The notes beneath the pieces were generated by a model, which made no database searches, was not told the DNA's origin, and was given only the letters and a program-made list of their open reading frames with translations. A stretch of 61,869 nt of DNA, the filler included, from Bipalium vagum (Eukaryota): NCBI GenBank assembly GCA_037834085.1. It is 3 parts of 3 records of this genome, joined end to end, with 100 filler letters (N's around TTAATTAATTAA, not from the genome) between each part and the next. Parts side by side here need not be neighbours in the genome. Positions count along the whole stretch, not along the records: positions 38,016 to 61,869 come from JBBMKC010205599.1; 2 more parts are not named here. One strand, written 5' to 3'. A program made the translations under genes and the position numbers. Below are positions 40,690 through 54,080 of this stretch, in pieces. Each line of letters begins with the position of its first letter. Positions within the stretch are counted from its first letter, which is position 1.

Positions 40690-41040
40690 ATGTCGAAATC
40701 CACTGTTTTCCACTTAAAATGGAGATCTTCGTAAGGATACAGTGGAACATAACATGAAAAGCAATAATGCACTCAGTCAATTTTTCTATCGTAAAATAGT
40801 GATCATTATCTATTAATCCATGCACTATCTTCACGAGTTCAACACGATGAGCAGACTGTGGGCGTCCGAGTCCGTCATTGTCTTCTACAGAAAATCTTGG
40901 TCCAGATTGGATGTCTGTGTACCAACTGTTAATGATAAAAAGTATAGTTAATCGTTACCCAATGCTTTGCAGATGGGCTGATGATATTCTTTAGGTTTCA
41001 TATTTCAATAAGGAAACGGATATTTTCACTTGTAACTTCC
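40690..41040 (-). mobile_element. decayed mariner 5' fragment
   Basis: WYTDIQSGPRFSVEDNDGLGRP HTH/GRP region. Confidence 0.6.
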
Positions 41041-41559
41041 AAATCTCTAAATATAGAATGACAGATGACTAATAGTACACTTGTGAAATTACTCATAATT
41101 CTACGATCACTGGAGAAAAATAAATGAAAAGGTTACATAATAAGTTAATCTTACCATATAAAGTCATCAATAAAATTATTAAATATATTTTCACAAGTTA
41201 AAACATTATGTGCCATTGATAAAAATTTTGGTACGACCGTAGCTAGTAATACTTTTCAAATAAGACTTCTAATTACCATTACAATATAAATTCCTGTCTT
41301 GGATTGACTGTTATCTGAAGTTAAACACAGTCGTTTGGCAAGCTTTTCCTGAATTTGACAAATTTTCATTTGAAGACCAGTCAGATCATTTTCTAACTCA
41401 CATCCATTTAAATGACAATTTTTAGACTAGTTAAACAAACATTATATACTATATATATGAGATCAGTCCATAAACACATGGTTATTGCATTACATTTCTT
41501 TTATTCAAATATTAAACTTAAAATATTTAAAAAAGTTACCTTAATATCAAACAAAAAAT

Positions 41560-42144
41560 AAATGGATTAGTCGAAATGATAAGACAACACAATGTGTAAA
41601 GCCAAGTATTCATCCCAATAAGTCAATGCTATGCATTTAGTTGTATATGAAATGCATTATTCACCATAATATGCTTGCGATGTATAAAAAAATTACTGCT
41701 GAAGTGTACAGTATACATTTGCACTGCCTAAACAATGCATTTATTTAAAATCCTTCAGATCGTCAACATGTTTTTCTTCTTCAACATGAAAATGCCTGTC
41801 CACATACAACAAAGCTTAGGAAAATGGCTCTGGAGGAACTTGAATGGGAGGTCATTTTTAAACCGGCCTACTCACCTGACCTCGCTCCTTCGGATTTCCA
41901 TCTCTTCCGCTCACTTTCTAATGCCTTAAAGGAAATTTCTTTTGATAATGAAGATGGACTGGAAAATTTGTTTTGTGAATGGGTTGCTTCTAAATCCGCT
42001 ACGTTTTACAGGCAAGTGTTCAAGATATAAGCAATGTCGGAGATTATATTATTGAATGATTATTATTAATCTATGTAAAAAAATTAATTTTCTTTTAAAT
42101 ACTTTGTGTGAAAAAAACGAAAGAAATTATTGGACAACCTGATA
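41560..42144 (+). mobile_element. mariner 3' fragment
   Basis: LQHENACPH, WEVIFKPAYSPDLAPSDFHLFRSLSN; TIR-like AAATTATTGGACAACCTGA + TA. Confidence 0.9.
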
Positions 42145-42306
42145 ATACGATGAAAATATATTCTTCATTTAAGCATTATAAAATTCATATTTTATTTTTT
42201 ATTTACATTATCATAAAAATTTATCAGTACGACATAATATTATCTTTATTTCAGAATCTCATAATTGGAAATTAATTTTTAAAGCTGGATAATTTCGATT
42301 ATTATA

Positions 42307-42359
42307 AAAAATTATTTGAAAAAAATTATTTGAAAAAAATTATTTGAATAAATTATTTG
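42307..42359. repeat. about 14-bp tandem repeat x4
   Basis: AAATTATTTGAAAA units. Confidence 0.75.
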
Positions 42360-42469
42360 TCAAAAATATGTTAAATAAATAATATTACTTTTTATTTTAA
42401 TCAATAAATATAAACGAAATAAATTATAGAATCTTTTTTACATCACAACAGTACCCATTGATTATTTTT

Positions 42470-42930
42470 ATTGATCTTTAAAATAAATATCGAGTATTAT
42501 TGTGAATTGATCAATATTGAAAAAAAGTTATGAATAAAACTAAAAATTCTAAAACACATCAATTCATATAATCACGCTTCTATTAAGCATAGTTGTTTTT
42601 ATATTCTGAACTGTATCCTTATAGTCCTGACTTTGTTCCATGTGATATTTACTTGCTTAATCATCAAAAGAATTATTTAAGTCTTATATTTGAGAAAACA
42701 TGTGATAACGGATAATTGACAATATTCTTGATAAATCAATCACAAGATTTCTTCCTTATAGATTTTGATTAATTGGTCAAATCATGAAATAAGTATACCA
42801 AATAAGTCAGAAATAATGAGGAGTAGTGGGTGTTACATAATGACCTATACCTTTGTATTTCATGGTTTTAAAATAATCATATTTGGAGATATATTGATAT
42901 TAATTCTCACTACTTATTATGCGTAGTACA
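42470..42930 (+). mobile_element. decayed mariner 3' fragment
   Basis: YPYSPDFVPCDFYL motif. Confidence 0.7.
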
Positions 42931-43049
42931 ATATATTAAACTTAAATGCTCTTGGTGTAAATATTATACTGATATTATTATTATTATAAAAAATTGGAGT
43001 AATATTAATATTTTATTATATAGTTTTTATTTGAAATAATTAATTACAG

Positions 43050-43103
43050 CTAATTAATGAAACTCAAGACGGCTTCCATGTGTTCGTGTTTCATGAAGCA
43101 ACA
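43050..43103 (+). CDS. POMGNT1: POMGNT1-like exon
   Basis: TTACAG|LINETQDGFHVFVFHEAT|GTAAGT; aligns to [22 protein letters not shown]; phase 0-0. Confidence 0.85.
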
Positions 43104-43509
43104 GTAAGTGTTTCAGAAATTCATGAATAATTATTTTGTATTCGATACTCTAATTTATATTTCAATAATATCTCAACACAAAATACTTTGTATCATAATG
43201 CCTTATGATCGAAACTTTTATGAAAAAATTCAAAAAATAATTATTGCGACTTAGACGTTATCACCCAATATAATATAATGTCATCGATTGAATTTCCGTG
43301 AAAGGTATATTTAAAATCTTATTCGAGTCTGCGGTCCTTTCGAAGAAACTATTATATATAATATATTATAATATATTAGTTTTAATGGTGATGACAAGAA
43401 AACGAAAATCTTTAATTATGGATTAAATACTAAAGATAAATATATTTGTTTAAATGAACTTATGTTTGGTAGCGAATTTAAATCAATACAATATAGATGT
43501 AATTATTTT

Positions 43510-44400
43510 AGATATTTTAAAAAACGAGGTCTAATCAAGAAATCGACGGAGTGGTCGTGTACAACTATTATTTAGAGCAGCGATCCAAAGGTAAAAGAAT
43601 TGCGACACAATTTATACTTCAAAGCACCATATATAGAATAATCCAACGAGTTGAAAATGAAACTGGGCATGAAAGAGTTCAGAGAAGCAGCAGAATTACA
43701 AAATTAAAAATATATCCATAAAAACTTTATTACCAAAGTACATTAAAATAGTTTAGACAACCATGATCTACAAGATTAAATTGTGGTCATTCCCAATGTT
43801 AGTTGTCCCAGTATATCAACTCGGACAGTAGGAGAGACATTAACCAAATTACATTCATTTGTTACAATACAAAATGAAACAGTGAAAATTCTATTAACCA
43901 ATGTTAACAAAAGTAGATAATGAAATATTGGTTTTAAAAAGTTAATCATATACATGGCTTCAACTGTTACATCTGTCCCAATCGGATAAGATTCTCCTGG
44001 TGATTTCAAGTAAAATTTCCAAATGAAATTTTCTTGAAAACCAACGACTTATTCATGCAACTTGAAAACCAGACTTTTCATTACCTCTCGTCCCAAGAAC
44101 GCCTTCATAAGTTTATTCTCTTTCCTAAAAAGGCAAGACAGAACTTTTGTCCTAATCTAATTTCATAAGCATCACTGACTGAAAAGACATTGTTAAGTAG
44201 CTGCAACAATTAACTACAAAGAACTTCAATGCATGGACGTACTTGGACGAGGGTCGGATAAGTTGATTATAACAGGCCCATGTTCTTTTTGAACTTTTCT
44301 TGGAAACTTTCGTCTTTTAAATCTTATTCATAAATTAAATTGAACGAATATCACTCACTTCATCATTTGGGTAACCATACTTATTATCATTTAACAACAA
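43510..44400 (-). mobile_element. decayed LTR-retrotransposon gag/protease-like relic
   Basis: IIVVHDHSVDFLIRPRFLK resembles retropepsin C-terminal FxVVxxLxxDxILGxDFL; broken upstream frames. Confidence 0.4.
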
Positions 44401-44514
44401 CGGTAATATTCTTCAAGCTGACATCACAACAAAAAAACTAAACCAAAATGACATCATTAACATTTCTTCTTTATAACATGAAGATCCATTTTACAAAGCT
44501 CAAATCTTTTTCAG

Positions 44515-44628
44515 GGATCATTCATGGCCAACTTCCACCACGACATCAATGAATCGAAATTAGTTCCCGATCTGAACGCGTTCCTCAAATCCATCCAAGA
44601 TGGCCGTATTATAATAATTATATATAAA
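44515..44628 (+). CDS. POMGNT1: POMGNT1-like exon
   Basis: TTTTTCAG|GSFMANFHHDINESKLVPDLNAFLKSIQDGRIIIIIYK|GTAATT; 38 aa ungapped against [38 protein letters not shown]. Confidence 0.88.
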
Positions 44629-45241
44629 GTAATTTTTAATTTTGTTCCAAACTCTTCGTAAACGGTCTCATAATTCAATCTCGAAGTGTCGACAATTACG
44701 ATATCATCGATATGCATAATTTAAATATAAAAATAATTACGTAAAGGAAAACTAATTTCGTTTGATCAGGACATAATTTCGTATGGGGAAACGTGTCGAT
44801 CACAGCACTGAGAGCAATGCTTATGGCTGCATAAAATCGTTTTTAATTGCTTGCTTCAAATTGTCGCCTTTTGTTTGAATGAATACTGTTTTAAATAAAT
44901 AATTAATTACCAAATAAACAATTTGAAAGTGATATTTAAAAATGTTATTGATTGAAACAAAAATATTCTCTTCGGGGGATTCAAGGCTACAGTTTCATTT
45001 CGGACATTGGATTTTTGTTTTTATATACATTTTTCAGTGATTTTGCTAAAATTTTCCCGGAAAATATAATTTTTTTAGAAATAATAAATCGAAAAAATAA
45101 ATGTAAAGAAAAATAAGATGAAATTTTTACATCGAGATTTAGAAGTCGAAAAAGTCTGAAATCTAAAGAAAAAGCTAATATTATATTAATGTTAATATCA
45201 TTTTAATAATATTATTATTTCATGGTATTGAAAATCTTGTA

Positions 45242-46150
45242 CAGGGTGCCCATAGGTCCCCGCGAAAAGTAAAATTAAATATTTCTTAAGCAGATTGAGA
45301 TATTTAATCGTTTGCTTTATAAAATTAAAGACAAATCTTTTAATTTTTATTTCATATAAAAATATTTAGAACAATTTTACTGATATACATAAATTCATCC
45401 TTTCCACAATATTTAAAAATACGCTATTCAAAATTTCTGTGGTAACAATTTTTATTTTTTCTTTGATTTTTGTTTTCAAATCGTCAATTTTTTTGATTTC
45501 AGATTTGTATATCTTATTCTTTAAATGGCCCCGAAAATAGAACTCAAGAGGAGTTAAATCCGATGAACGTGGAGCTCATTGTATTGAACCACCTCTTCCA
45601 ATCTACCTGTTCGGAAAATAAGCGTCAAGATACCGTCGTGCCTTTGTTGAGCTCCATCTTGCTTTGTACATTTTCCTCACTTCAAACATAAAATAGTCTT
45701 GAAGCATTGATAGATAATTTTGGCCATTAACAGTCTCATCTTCAAAGAAATACAGACCGATAATTTTATTTTTTGACAAAGCACACCAAACATTTACCTT
45801 CTTGGATTTTCTAGCAATTTCAAAAGTAACATGTGGATTACTTTCTGACCAATATCTGACGTTATGTTTATATTTACTAATCCATTTAGGTAAAACGTTG
45901 CTCCATCTGAAAAGAAATTATTTTCCTGAATATCCATATTTTCTAACATTAACCAGGATTTTGCACATCTCAACTCTGTCTTGCTAATCCTCTTCATGTA
46001 ATTCCTGTGTGAAATGGACCTTAAAGGGTTTCAATGATAACCGTTCTCTCATAATTCGATGGGCTATTGTTCGCGAAATGGAGCAGGTGGTTGCAGCAGA
46101 TTGAACACTGCATCGTGGGTCAATTTCAATAACAATCTTGTTTCCAGTTT
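45242..46150 (-). mobile_element. Tc1/mariner (rosa/DUF4817-type) remnant
   Basis: TA|CAGGGTG terminus; FFSDGATFYLNG, YLDAYFPNR*IGRGGSIQ*APRSSDLTPLEFYFRGHLKNKIY. Confidence 0.85.
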
Positions 46151-46499
46151 AAAGAAATCCATTAAAAAATGATCCTAAAAAAGAAATAGGACTTTCTTAA
46201 GGAATTTCAGATCAGAAATGTCAAAATGTGAAGGCTTTAGCTTTGTCATTCATTCTTGTAGGAGATACTTAAAGGAGGCAATTTAGCTAAATAAATATCG
46301 CCGGGAAATCAAAATATTTAAAATATCCGTTTTTAATAACCTTAAACAATATAAACTGAAGTTCTATAGAAGAATGAAGTATGAGTATAAATAAGTCCTG
46401 TTGCTTTAGGTAACAGTTTTGGAAAAATGGATGCTTGAAGGAAATTATGGTTCTCCAGCGAGACAACATAATCATTAGGGACTCATTTGAATTCTAAAA

Positions 46500-47033
46500 A
46501 TGACGGAATTTACCGAGAAGTAAATGTTAAAACTGATATACACAATGAAGATATTTTGGTTAAATATGACAATTTCCAACCCTCTCCTTTTTGTTAAGGT
46601 ACAGTGTCCTTTTATTGGAAAACAGAACTGATATTTATTAAATTATTATCTTTCTCGGTGTAGAAAGAAACGGAAAAATGTAAATCATTTTTATTTATTG
46701 GGAGGAATTATGTTCTCAAATCTTTTTTTAGATTTAGAAAATATGCTGAAAGATAGTGCTAAAGCCCACATTCCAAGGCTACTGTTAGCGTCTTTCGAAG
46801 TCTTACTTCAAATTCCGCATCGAACCATAACATTGGCCGTCAAAAGTCTATCTCAGAATTTGATGGATTATTGTATCTGGAGTTTGATGCTGACAGAGAT
46901 ACAGAAACATAAATAAAATTGATGATCTGAGACTAGATGCCTGGAATAACATTACACCACACATAGTATATGAATCTGCAGAAAATCTATTAGAAATAAC
47001 AAAAATAAAACTTTTTTTTACTGATCACCCTCT
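46500..47033 (+). mobile_element. maT-like remnant
   Basis: KDSAKAHIPR...NLMDYCIWSLM; ends GATCACCCTC + TA. Confidence 0.6.
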
Positions 47034-47177
47034 ATATGACATAACTCATAAAAACTCCAAATTATCACTTTTTCATTTTCCTTTCTCCTAACCCGGGAAA
47101 CTGTTCCATATTAAATCTAGATATAACGAAACAATATTATACTTTGATATTATTTAATTTAATTTTTTTATATTTAG

Positions 47178-47313
47178 AATTTTTCAATTAAGAATTGCAA
47201 ATTGAATTTGAAAAGTTTGCGAACCATCTTGCATATTTATGACAGCACTCTTTTGAAGGACTCAGATAAAGAAGTAAGGATAACATCGTGGATATTACTT
47301 GGTCACAAAGGAG
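47178..47313 (+). CDS. POMGNT1: POMGNT1-like exon
   Basis: TTTAG|NFSIKNCKLNLKSLRTILHIYDSTLLKDSDKEVRITSWILLGHKG+G|GTAATG; aligns to DEGSFHL..LLRSLGS..WRDTWAFVGRKGG; phase 0 to 1. Confidence 0.85.
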
Positions 47314-47693
47314 GTAATGAACTGAGATATTATTATTTAATTATATAAACAACCGTTCCCTCTGCAAAGTATTTCTGGCTGAGATTTCTGATTATTTATA
47401 TAAAAGAATCTGAGATAATAAAAGAAAAAATCAATTTCTTCTATCACCAAGAATATAAAAATAGATTCGTGGTAATAAATTATATTTGTTATTAGAGATA
47501 ATTAATTAATCTCATTTTATAATAAAATTATAAATTAAGTTGATATTTTAAAAATATAATATTTTCATTTTATATCAGTTTTTTACCAATTAAAATATTT
47601 TATTTTCAAATATGGGAAAAATTAGATAAAAATCAATTTTTGAAAAAGAAAGAACTTTATATTTTTAATTTTCAATATTTCTGTCAAGCGATA

Positions 47694-47725
<32 letters not shown>

Positions 47726-48038
47726 TTATAATTTATTTTTATATTTTTATATTTATAATTTATTATACATATGTTTTAATTCTTTTAATATAACTATGGA
47801 TTTTATTTACTCTTTTCTGTTTTTATTCCTAATGGTGTGATTAACGTTTTGAAAGGCTTATGAAATGCTTTAAAAAGAAAATTCTTTTACTTTTTTTTAT
47901 TGTGCTTAATGTTAAGGTATTTCAATTTATTTATTTATTTTAATTGAAAAATATATTTTTATATGAAATATTTATTTCCTATTGTAAAATATTACGATTC
48001 AAGTGGAAATTATAAATTATATATAATATTCATTTTAG

Positions 48039-48131
48039 TTGGGAAAATATCCGAGTTATATCAGTTGAACAACGAAAAATATCCAAAATCATGCCTGAAA
48101 ATGTCAAAATCGATCAGTCTATCTGAAGAAA
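48039..48131 (+). CDS. POMGNT1: POMGNT1-like exon
   Basis: TTTTAG|(V)GKISELYQLNNEKYPKSCLKMSKSISLSEE+A|GTCAGC; phase 1-1; aligns to PVFGEKHSK..VLLKTDVPLSSAEE. Confidence 0.75.
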
Positions 48132-48154
48132 GTCAGCACCAACTTGAAATTTCA

Positions 48155-48155
<1 letters not shown>

Positions 48156-48202
<47 letters not shown>

Positions 48203-48218
48203 GATTATTATTATTATT
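48156..48218. repeat. (ATT)n microsatellite
   Basis: About 20 units; gives poly-Tyr in ORF track (another at ~47693-47723). Confidence 0.95.
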
Positions 48219-48736
48219 TCATAATCTAGATATTAATTTAATTTTAATTAATTAATCATTTTATTTATTTTCAACATACTTTATTTGATTATATATTCCT
48301 CAGTGAAGTTTCTATTTCAAATCAATTAAGAAAATAAATAGTATTTTTTCTATGTTAAATCAATTAAAAGTTTTTCTCAAAATTCTTATTGAATTTTAAT
48401 GAAATTGTTTTAATGAGATTCATTAAAGTTAATGTGAAAAGAATACCAAAACGAGAATTAAACATCAATTTCAGTGTTATGCGATCCCCGATAATTTCTT
48501 GTTTTAACTGGAATATGGGAAAATTACTTTATTTATTTTAAGAAAAATTCCTCCCAAAAATTCTAAATTTACTTTGGTAAGATGTTTCTATAGATGAAAA
48601 TTCCTTTGAAATTTATAGACTATTTCTAATTATGAAATGGAAATCTTTTTCATTATTATATGAATGAGGAAAAGGAAAAGGGAAATAGAATTTATGAATT
48701 TTAATATTATTTTTTAAAATTTAATTCATATTTCAG

Positions 48737-48870
48737 TTGCGATTTGTCCGAACTGGCCAGATTCAGATAGAACAAGAGCCCGAAGGCGACTTTGTCGTTT
48801 GGTTGAAGGATATAAGTCACTTTGCTCGTGTAGCTCCGCAGACAATATACCCGAATTCAAAATAAAACCG
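48737..48870 (+). CDS. POMGNT1: POMGNT1-like exon (Cys-rich linker)
   Basis: TTTCAG|(I)AICPNWPDSDRTRARRRLCRLVEGYKSLCSCSSADNIPEFKIKP|GTATAA matches [42 protein letters not shown]. Confidence 0.93.
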
Positions 48871-49039
48871 GTATAAGTTTCTCTTTAACTTAATAAATAA
48901 ATACAACCTCCAACCCAAAAAAGTGGATTTGTTATTTTACGGTAAATAAGAAAGGAAAGTTTATTTTTTCAAATATATCAGCTATGATATAACATTAATA
49001 GAAGTCATTCATGTTTAATATTTACACCCGATACTTTTA

Positions 49040-49930
49040 CTAGCAAAAATCTGGCTGATGGTGCAAGACTTCGTAGTGAAGACAGAATTAAGTCTTTGAG
49101 AGACCAAAATTTGACTCGTAGCACGGCTGCATTTCACCTACGTTGTGTTGCACATAGTTTTTTGGCATCGTTTAGTTAAGATTGAAAAAGCTCAATATTA
49201 TTGACGTTTAATTCTGGAGATTGAGCCGGATGGTTTGTAACAGTGATTATTGGAATTATACGGTTAAGTCATTAAACGTTTGAAAATTGTTTTTATCAAC
49301 ATTTGGACGAGCATTATCCATTGAAATGAAATTTTTTTAAACCAATTCATCTTGTTTTAAACTACAAACATTGTTCCATCACACATTAGTTCGTAAATGA
49401 TTGCAGAAGTCATAATGAAGTCAATTTTGAACACATTACCTGTGGTGTGATTCTTCTAAGATTATTGGATTTCGTGGTGTACTTGAATCCTCTAATGCCG
49501 ATCAGATTGTTGAAACCATTTTATCATATCTTTCACGATTGAAAGAATACAGCTTGAACTATTTTTCGTCAAAATCTAGATAATAATCCCATGTATTATA
49601 TCTGCGGTGTTCATACCACTTCAATCTTTTAGCCTATTGACTGTCTGATAGAATTAGACATGTCGTTCTTCGAAGTACGCGTCTGAATTTTTCACCTTTT
49701 TAATTCTTCCGACGCTAGTTTTTGGAATGGTAGTCTCATGTGAACTGTCACAGATGTTACTGTTGTGACGTTCACAAATTCGTCGTAGTTTTCAATGAAA
49801 GGTCTTCCTCAGACTTGTTTTCTTGAAAAATGAACCACATTAAAAAAACTTTTTACATAGCTTTTTTTACATTAAATACGTTCCATAAATCTTGGGCACT
49901 GGGTTTTTGGTCCCACGTTTCCCATTTTAA
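49040..49930 (-). mobile_element. decayed mariner
   Basis: GRP, RHV*FYQT, SLAPSA-like fragments on minus strand. Confidence 0.55.
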
Positions 49931-50979
49931 CAATTAATCTATCATAATTGAATAATATAAGCAATTTATGTTTTACAGATATACTTGAAATTTAAAAAGT
50001 CTTCTTGAAATCAAACAATAAAAGTTATTTAAAACAACATGTAATTCATTTGATAAAATTAAAAAACCCATTTTTATAGTTTGAAGGTACTAAATAAATA
50101 AATTTCCAAATTTCTTGAAAAAATTGAAAAAAATTATATTTCAAAATTAAAACTTTCATTGTAAAAGGTTCCACATTTTTAAAAAAATTGAATTAATTTT
50201 CATTTATCCTTTTGTTTTTCTTTATCAAGTAATTAAGAGAAAATAAAATTTTCATTAAATTCTATTTCACAGATAATATAATTATTATTTCTCTAATAAA
50301 ATCGCACCTCATATTTACTGAATAAATAATAATTTTTAAAAAAGAAAGAATTTTAAAGTTTCGCAAACATTTCTTTTAGTTTCAAAAAGTAAAGTTGTCA
50401 AAGAAAAAATAAATTTACCTTATTATTAAAATATAAAATAAATAAACATTATTAAGGGACAAAAATGATATTTTTCCCGTTTTGAGATTTATGTCCTAGG
50501 ATTGACGGCAATGTTTTATTGACATTTTTATCAATATCTGGGATGAAACTCGGATAATAATTAAATTTTAATGCGAATGGTTTTATTGAAACTCTGTCAT
50601 GTCAAAGTGGAAATGATTAATTTTTATTGACATCAGTTTTGATATTTTCATACTTGTTTTCATTGGGTTTTTATTCTTTCTAACTTGAAATATAATCCAG
50701 AAAATAAATGACTTCAGATATACAATAATAGTTTTGTGAAGCGTATTTCCTCAAGTGAAAAATTTACAAATAAAATGTTTTATAAAATATTTGTTTATGT
50801 GTTCAATTGTTATTTTTCTGATATACTTAATAGAAATAGAATTCAAAAAATGTTTTTATTGTCAGAATTTTAAGGTCATTAAGTATGAAATGCAATATTT
50901 CATTTGCTCATTTTTCAACTTGATTATCTCTTCCAGTTTTTATTGAAATTTAATAATTCTTGTTTTAATATTTTGTCAG

Positions 50980-51905
50980 ATGCTTAAATGGGTGGAAATC
51001 AGTTGGGATTAAGTTGGGCGAATATGGTTGATGATAAAGTTCATGTAATTCATGTCCGAAAGTATCAGATTAAGTTTTACTGAGACATGAAGTCTAGTTT
51101 ATCTTGTAACAGAATTAATTCATATCGAATATGCAATGCAGACCATTGTTTCTTAAGCTTTACATGCATTTGTTCAAGTAATCGCAGTAAGTATCAGAAT
51201 TCACCGTTTCATTAGTTGGCAAATAGAAATAATCAATAATACCTCGAACATCCCCCAAAACTGATATCAAAAACTTCTTTTTCTGGATAAATTACTTTGG
51301 AACAGATTTTGGGGATTCATTTTTGTCAAGGCATTGGTATGATCATTCTTGATTTTCGTAGGAGATTCATTTTTCATCAAAAGTTAATATTCTTTCAAGA
51401 AAAGGATCTATTTTGTTCTTTTTCAGATGCCCTAAACATGATTCAAAACCATGCATAATAATTTTTTCAATCAGCTCATGAGGTATCAATTTTTCCAAAG
51501 TTTACCAATCCAAATAATTTTTAAATCTTGCCCTCCAAATTTGTAGAGACCGCTTGAATGTCTTTGTCCCTCACACACAAATTGTTATTTTTAGAGAGCT
51601 TATACCAACTTTAGCACCTATCTAGAGATACTACATACAGTATGAAAAAAATTAATGTCCACACCCAAAAATAATAATTCATTAGAAATTCAAAATTAAG
51701 CTAGTTTAGACTAATTCTTTATCGATTTTTTATAAAAATAATCATTAATTTTCAAAAAATAATAATATGCATTTTGTAGTATTATTTTGGTGTGGACATG
51801 ACTTTTTTCAGCACTTTACTTTCCATAAAACTCTCAAAGTTTCCCGTAACTTCTTGTAGATCTTTTGTTCTTCATATAGTAATAAATAAGAACCTCCCAC
51901 AAAAG
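50980..51905 (-). mobile_element. decayed mariner interrupted by a MITE
   Basis: REVLIYYYMK..., IPHELIE, DPFLERILTFDEK*ISYEN, HQPYSPNLIPTDFH. Confidence 0.8.
51638..51816. mobile_element. Tc1-type MITE (about 180 bp)
   Basis: Imperfect ~36-bp TIRs CAGTATGAAAAAAATTAATGTCCACACC / GGTGTGGACATGACTTTTTTCAGCACTT, TA both sides, AT-rich non-coding interior. Confidence 0.8.
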
Positions 51906-52161
51906 ATCTTAGTCTGGGATACACATGGTTATGGTAAGAATTTGAGGAAATTTTGAATAATTACTGTCTTAAATTTCAACTATTAAAACCAAATGGAATA
52001 GATTTGAATTCAAAATTATATTAACATATATATCAATGAATCGATTCAATTAAATCCATATGGTTTATTTCCATACGTAGTATGTATAATACTTATTTTG
52101 ATTTTTATTGGTATTATTTTTGTATTGTTTATTAAGAATTTAAAATTATTTTTATTTTCAG

Positions 52162-52226
52162 AACATAACATACATCCATATTCCAATTGTTATTGTTAGT
52201 GTTAATGACCCTCATTATTTATTAAG
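52162..52226 (+). CDS. POMGNT1: POMGNT1-like exon (start of GT13 catalytic domain)
   Basis: TTTTCAG|NITYIHIPIVIVSVNDPHYLL+AG|GTATTG; aligns to NVPVAVIAGNRPNYLYR; phase 0 to 2. Confidence 0.9.
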
Positions 52227-52689
52227 GTATTGTGAATTTTTAATTAATACTAAATTTAATTATATTAAATAATAGCAAATTTATGATAATGTTTACTCTA
52301 TTAATTTATCTCTTCATATAACGATGATTTTATCCGTGAACAAGGTTTGAAATTATTCGGTTTGATTATATAAATTTAAAGAATAACTGATTCATAATTT
52401 ATTAAATGGGATTTTGGTAAAATTCGCTCTAAAATGACATTTTTTAGATAAAATTTGTTTAATAAAATTCTATTCAAGTATGATGTAATTGTCAGTTGTT
52501 TTGATTGATTAATAATTTACTTTTCTACCTATAATACAATATATCATTAATTCCTTTGGTAAATATTTTTTATGATGTATAAATTTTATAGTTTTATATT
52601 TGGTCCTAAGTTTACGTTAAAATTTTCTTTATCATTACTTATTCTCCCTCCACTAAGAACGGAAACATTTTTGTAGACAGTTATACCTG

Positions 52690-53400
52690 GAATTGTAAAA
52701 CTTTAGGAATAAAAGTTTACAAAATCATCAACAATTTTCAAATCGCTTGACATACCCGTCTTAAAATTTTCCTTCGATTTATTATCATAAAATTCAACGT
52801 CTCTTAAACAACTTTATATTTATTGTGTGGCAAGAGATTCCTAGAACTTTTTTATTAAATAAAAGAAATCCATGTGACTAAATTGAGTTCAGTTTCACTA
52901 TCATTGCAGGCAGGATATCATTAGATTTAATAATTTTTTACTACTGCAACATTTCATGGAGATTACATTTGGATGAATTTGACCATAAAAGTACAATTTC
53001 AATATTTGAGTGAAGTTATCTGAGAATGACCCGTGCATCATATGTGCTTAAAATAGAAGAAAGTGTTATATTTTGCCATTTCCCTATAACTTCTGGCATT
53101 GCATAAAAGCTTTTTACACAAAGCTTTTTGGATACATCTTCATAAAGGATTTTCCATTAAATAATTCAATTCACGTATATTTTTTGTCCCTTGCATATTT
53201 CTTCAATCTGTTGACAAATAAATTTGCTTTACTAATCAGTTTGAAAACCCCAGATAAACCTTTTGTTCATAAACTCGTATTGAAAATACTTGATTCTTCT
53301 TAATGAACCAGATAAATTTCCATCATTTATGAGATTTGGCGATTTGTTGCCTTCAGTAAATAGCTCAAAGTCCTTGGTTTTATGTCAGTCTTGAGTAATG
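52690..53400 (-). mobile_element. decayed Tc1-like remnant
   Basis: Degenerate PA..PDLNPIEH-like and C-terminal KR-like segments on minus strand. Confidence 0.45.
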
Positions 53401-53628
53401 TTCTTATGTACAGTTTTATTTGGGATGAAATTTTAAACTTTCGATATATTAAATAATTTTAAATATGTTTCTTATTCGTATTCTAAATACCTGGAATAGG
53501 TATGGATAGATACTTGGAAATTGATAAATAGATTGTATTTGTAAACACAATTTTTATAGATAATGAAAATGGAAATTCTTTCTATTTACAATTTCTTTTG
53601 TAGTAAATAGGTGCGTGAATTAAAATAG

Positions 53629-54080
53629 ATGGATTCAGTCGAATATAGAAGCGTCATCAAATAACTTGTTTTGCATGGATATTCAAATTTCATTGTTCAC
53701 AATCAACTAATCGTTACATACTAGTGTAAATATCCTTCAAGAACGACTATATTTTATTGGATTGCCGAATTCCGTCGGTGTAGAAAAATTTCTTATGACC
53801 AGGAGCTGACTGTCCTATATAAATTGATAAAGAAAATTTAAAGAAACGATGCGAGAAACGAACGAAGGAAAACAATCAAGGAGTTGTCCAATAGGCTTGA
53901 CATTGGCGTGCATTAAAAGCGAGAAAAAAGTAAATTTTGGTTTTACGACATTTAAAAAACAGAATTAGAATCATTTGAAGATTTAAAGGAGGCGTGAGAA
54001 TAATGTATACCAAGGAGTATCTACGGAACTCCTGCATCGACGAGTAAAGTGTATCTCAAACAACAACAGTTATATTTTTA
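53629..54080 (+). mobile_element. deleted mariner related to the 5802-7114 lineage
   Basis: MDSVEYRSVIK*LVLHG...YPSRTTIFYWIAEFRR. Confidence 0.8.

Noticed and set aside
42613-42620. U12-type donor GTATCCTT
   Set aside because: Lies in a mariner YPYSPD motif, not at an exon end.
47640-48229. Poly-Tyr ORFs
   Set aside because: (TAT)n microsatellites; only 48039-48131 is a supported exon.
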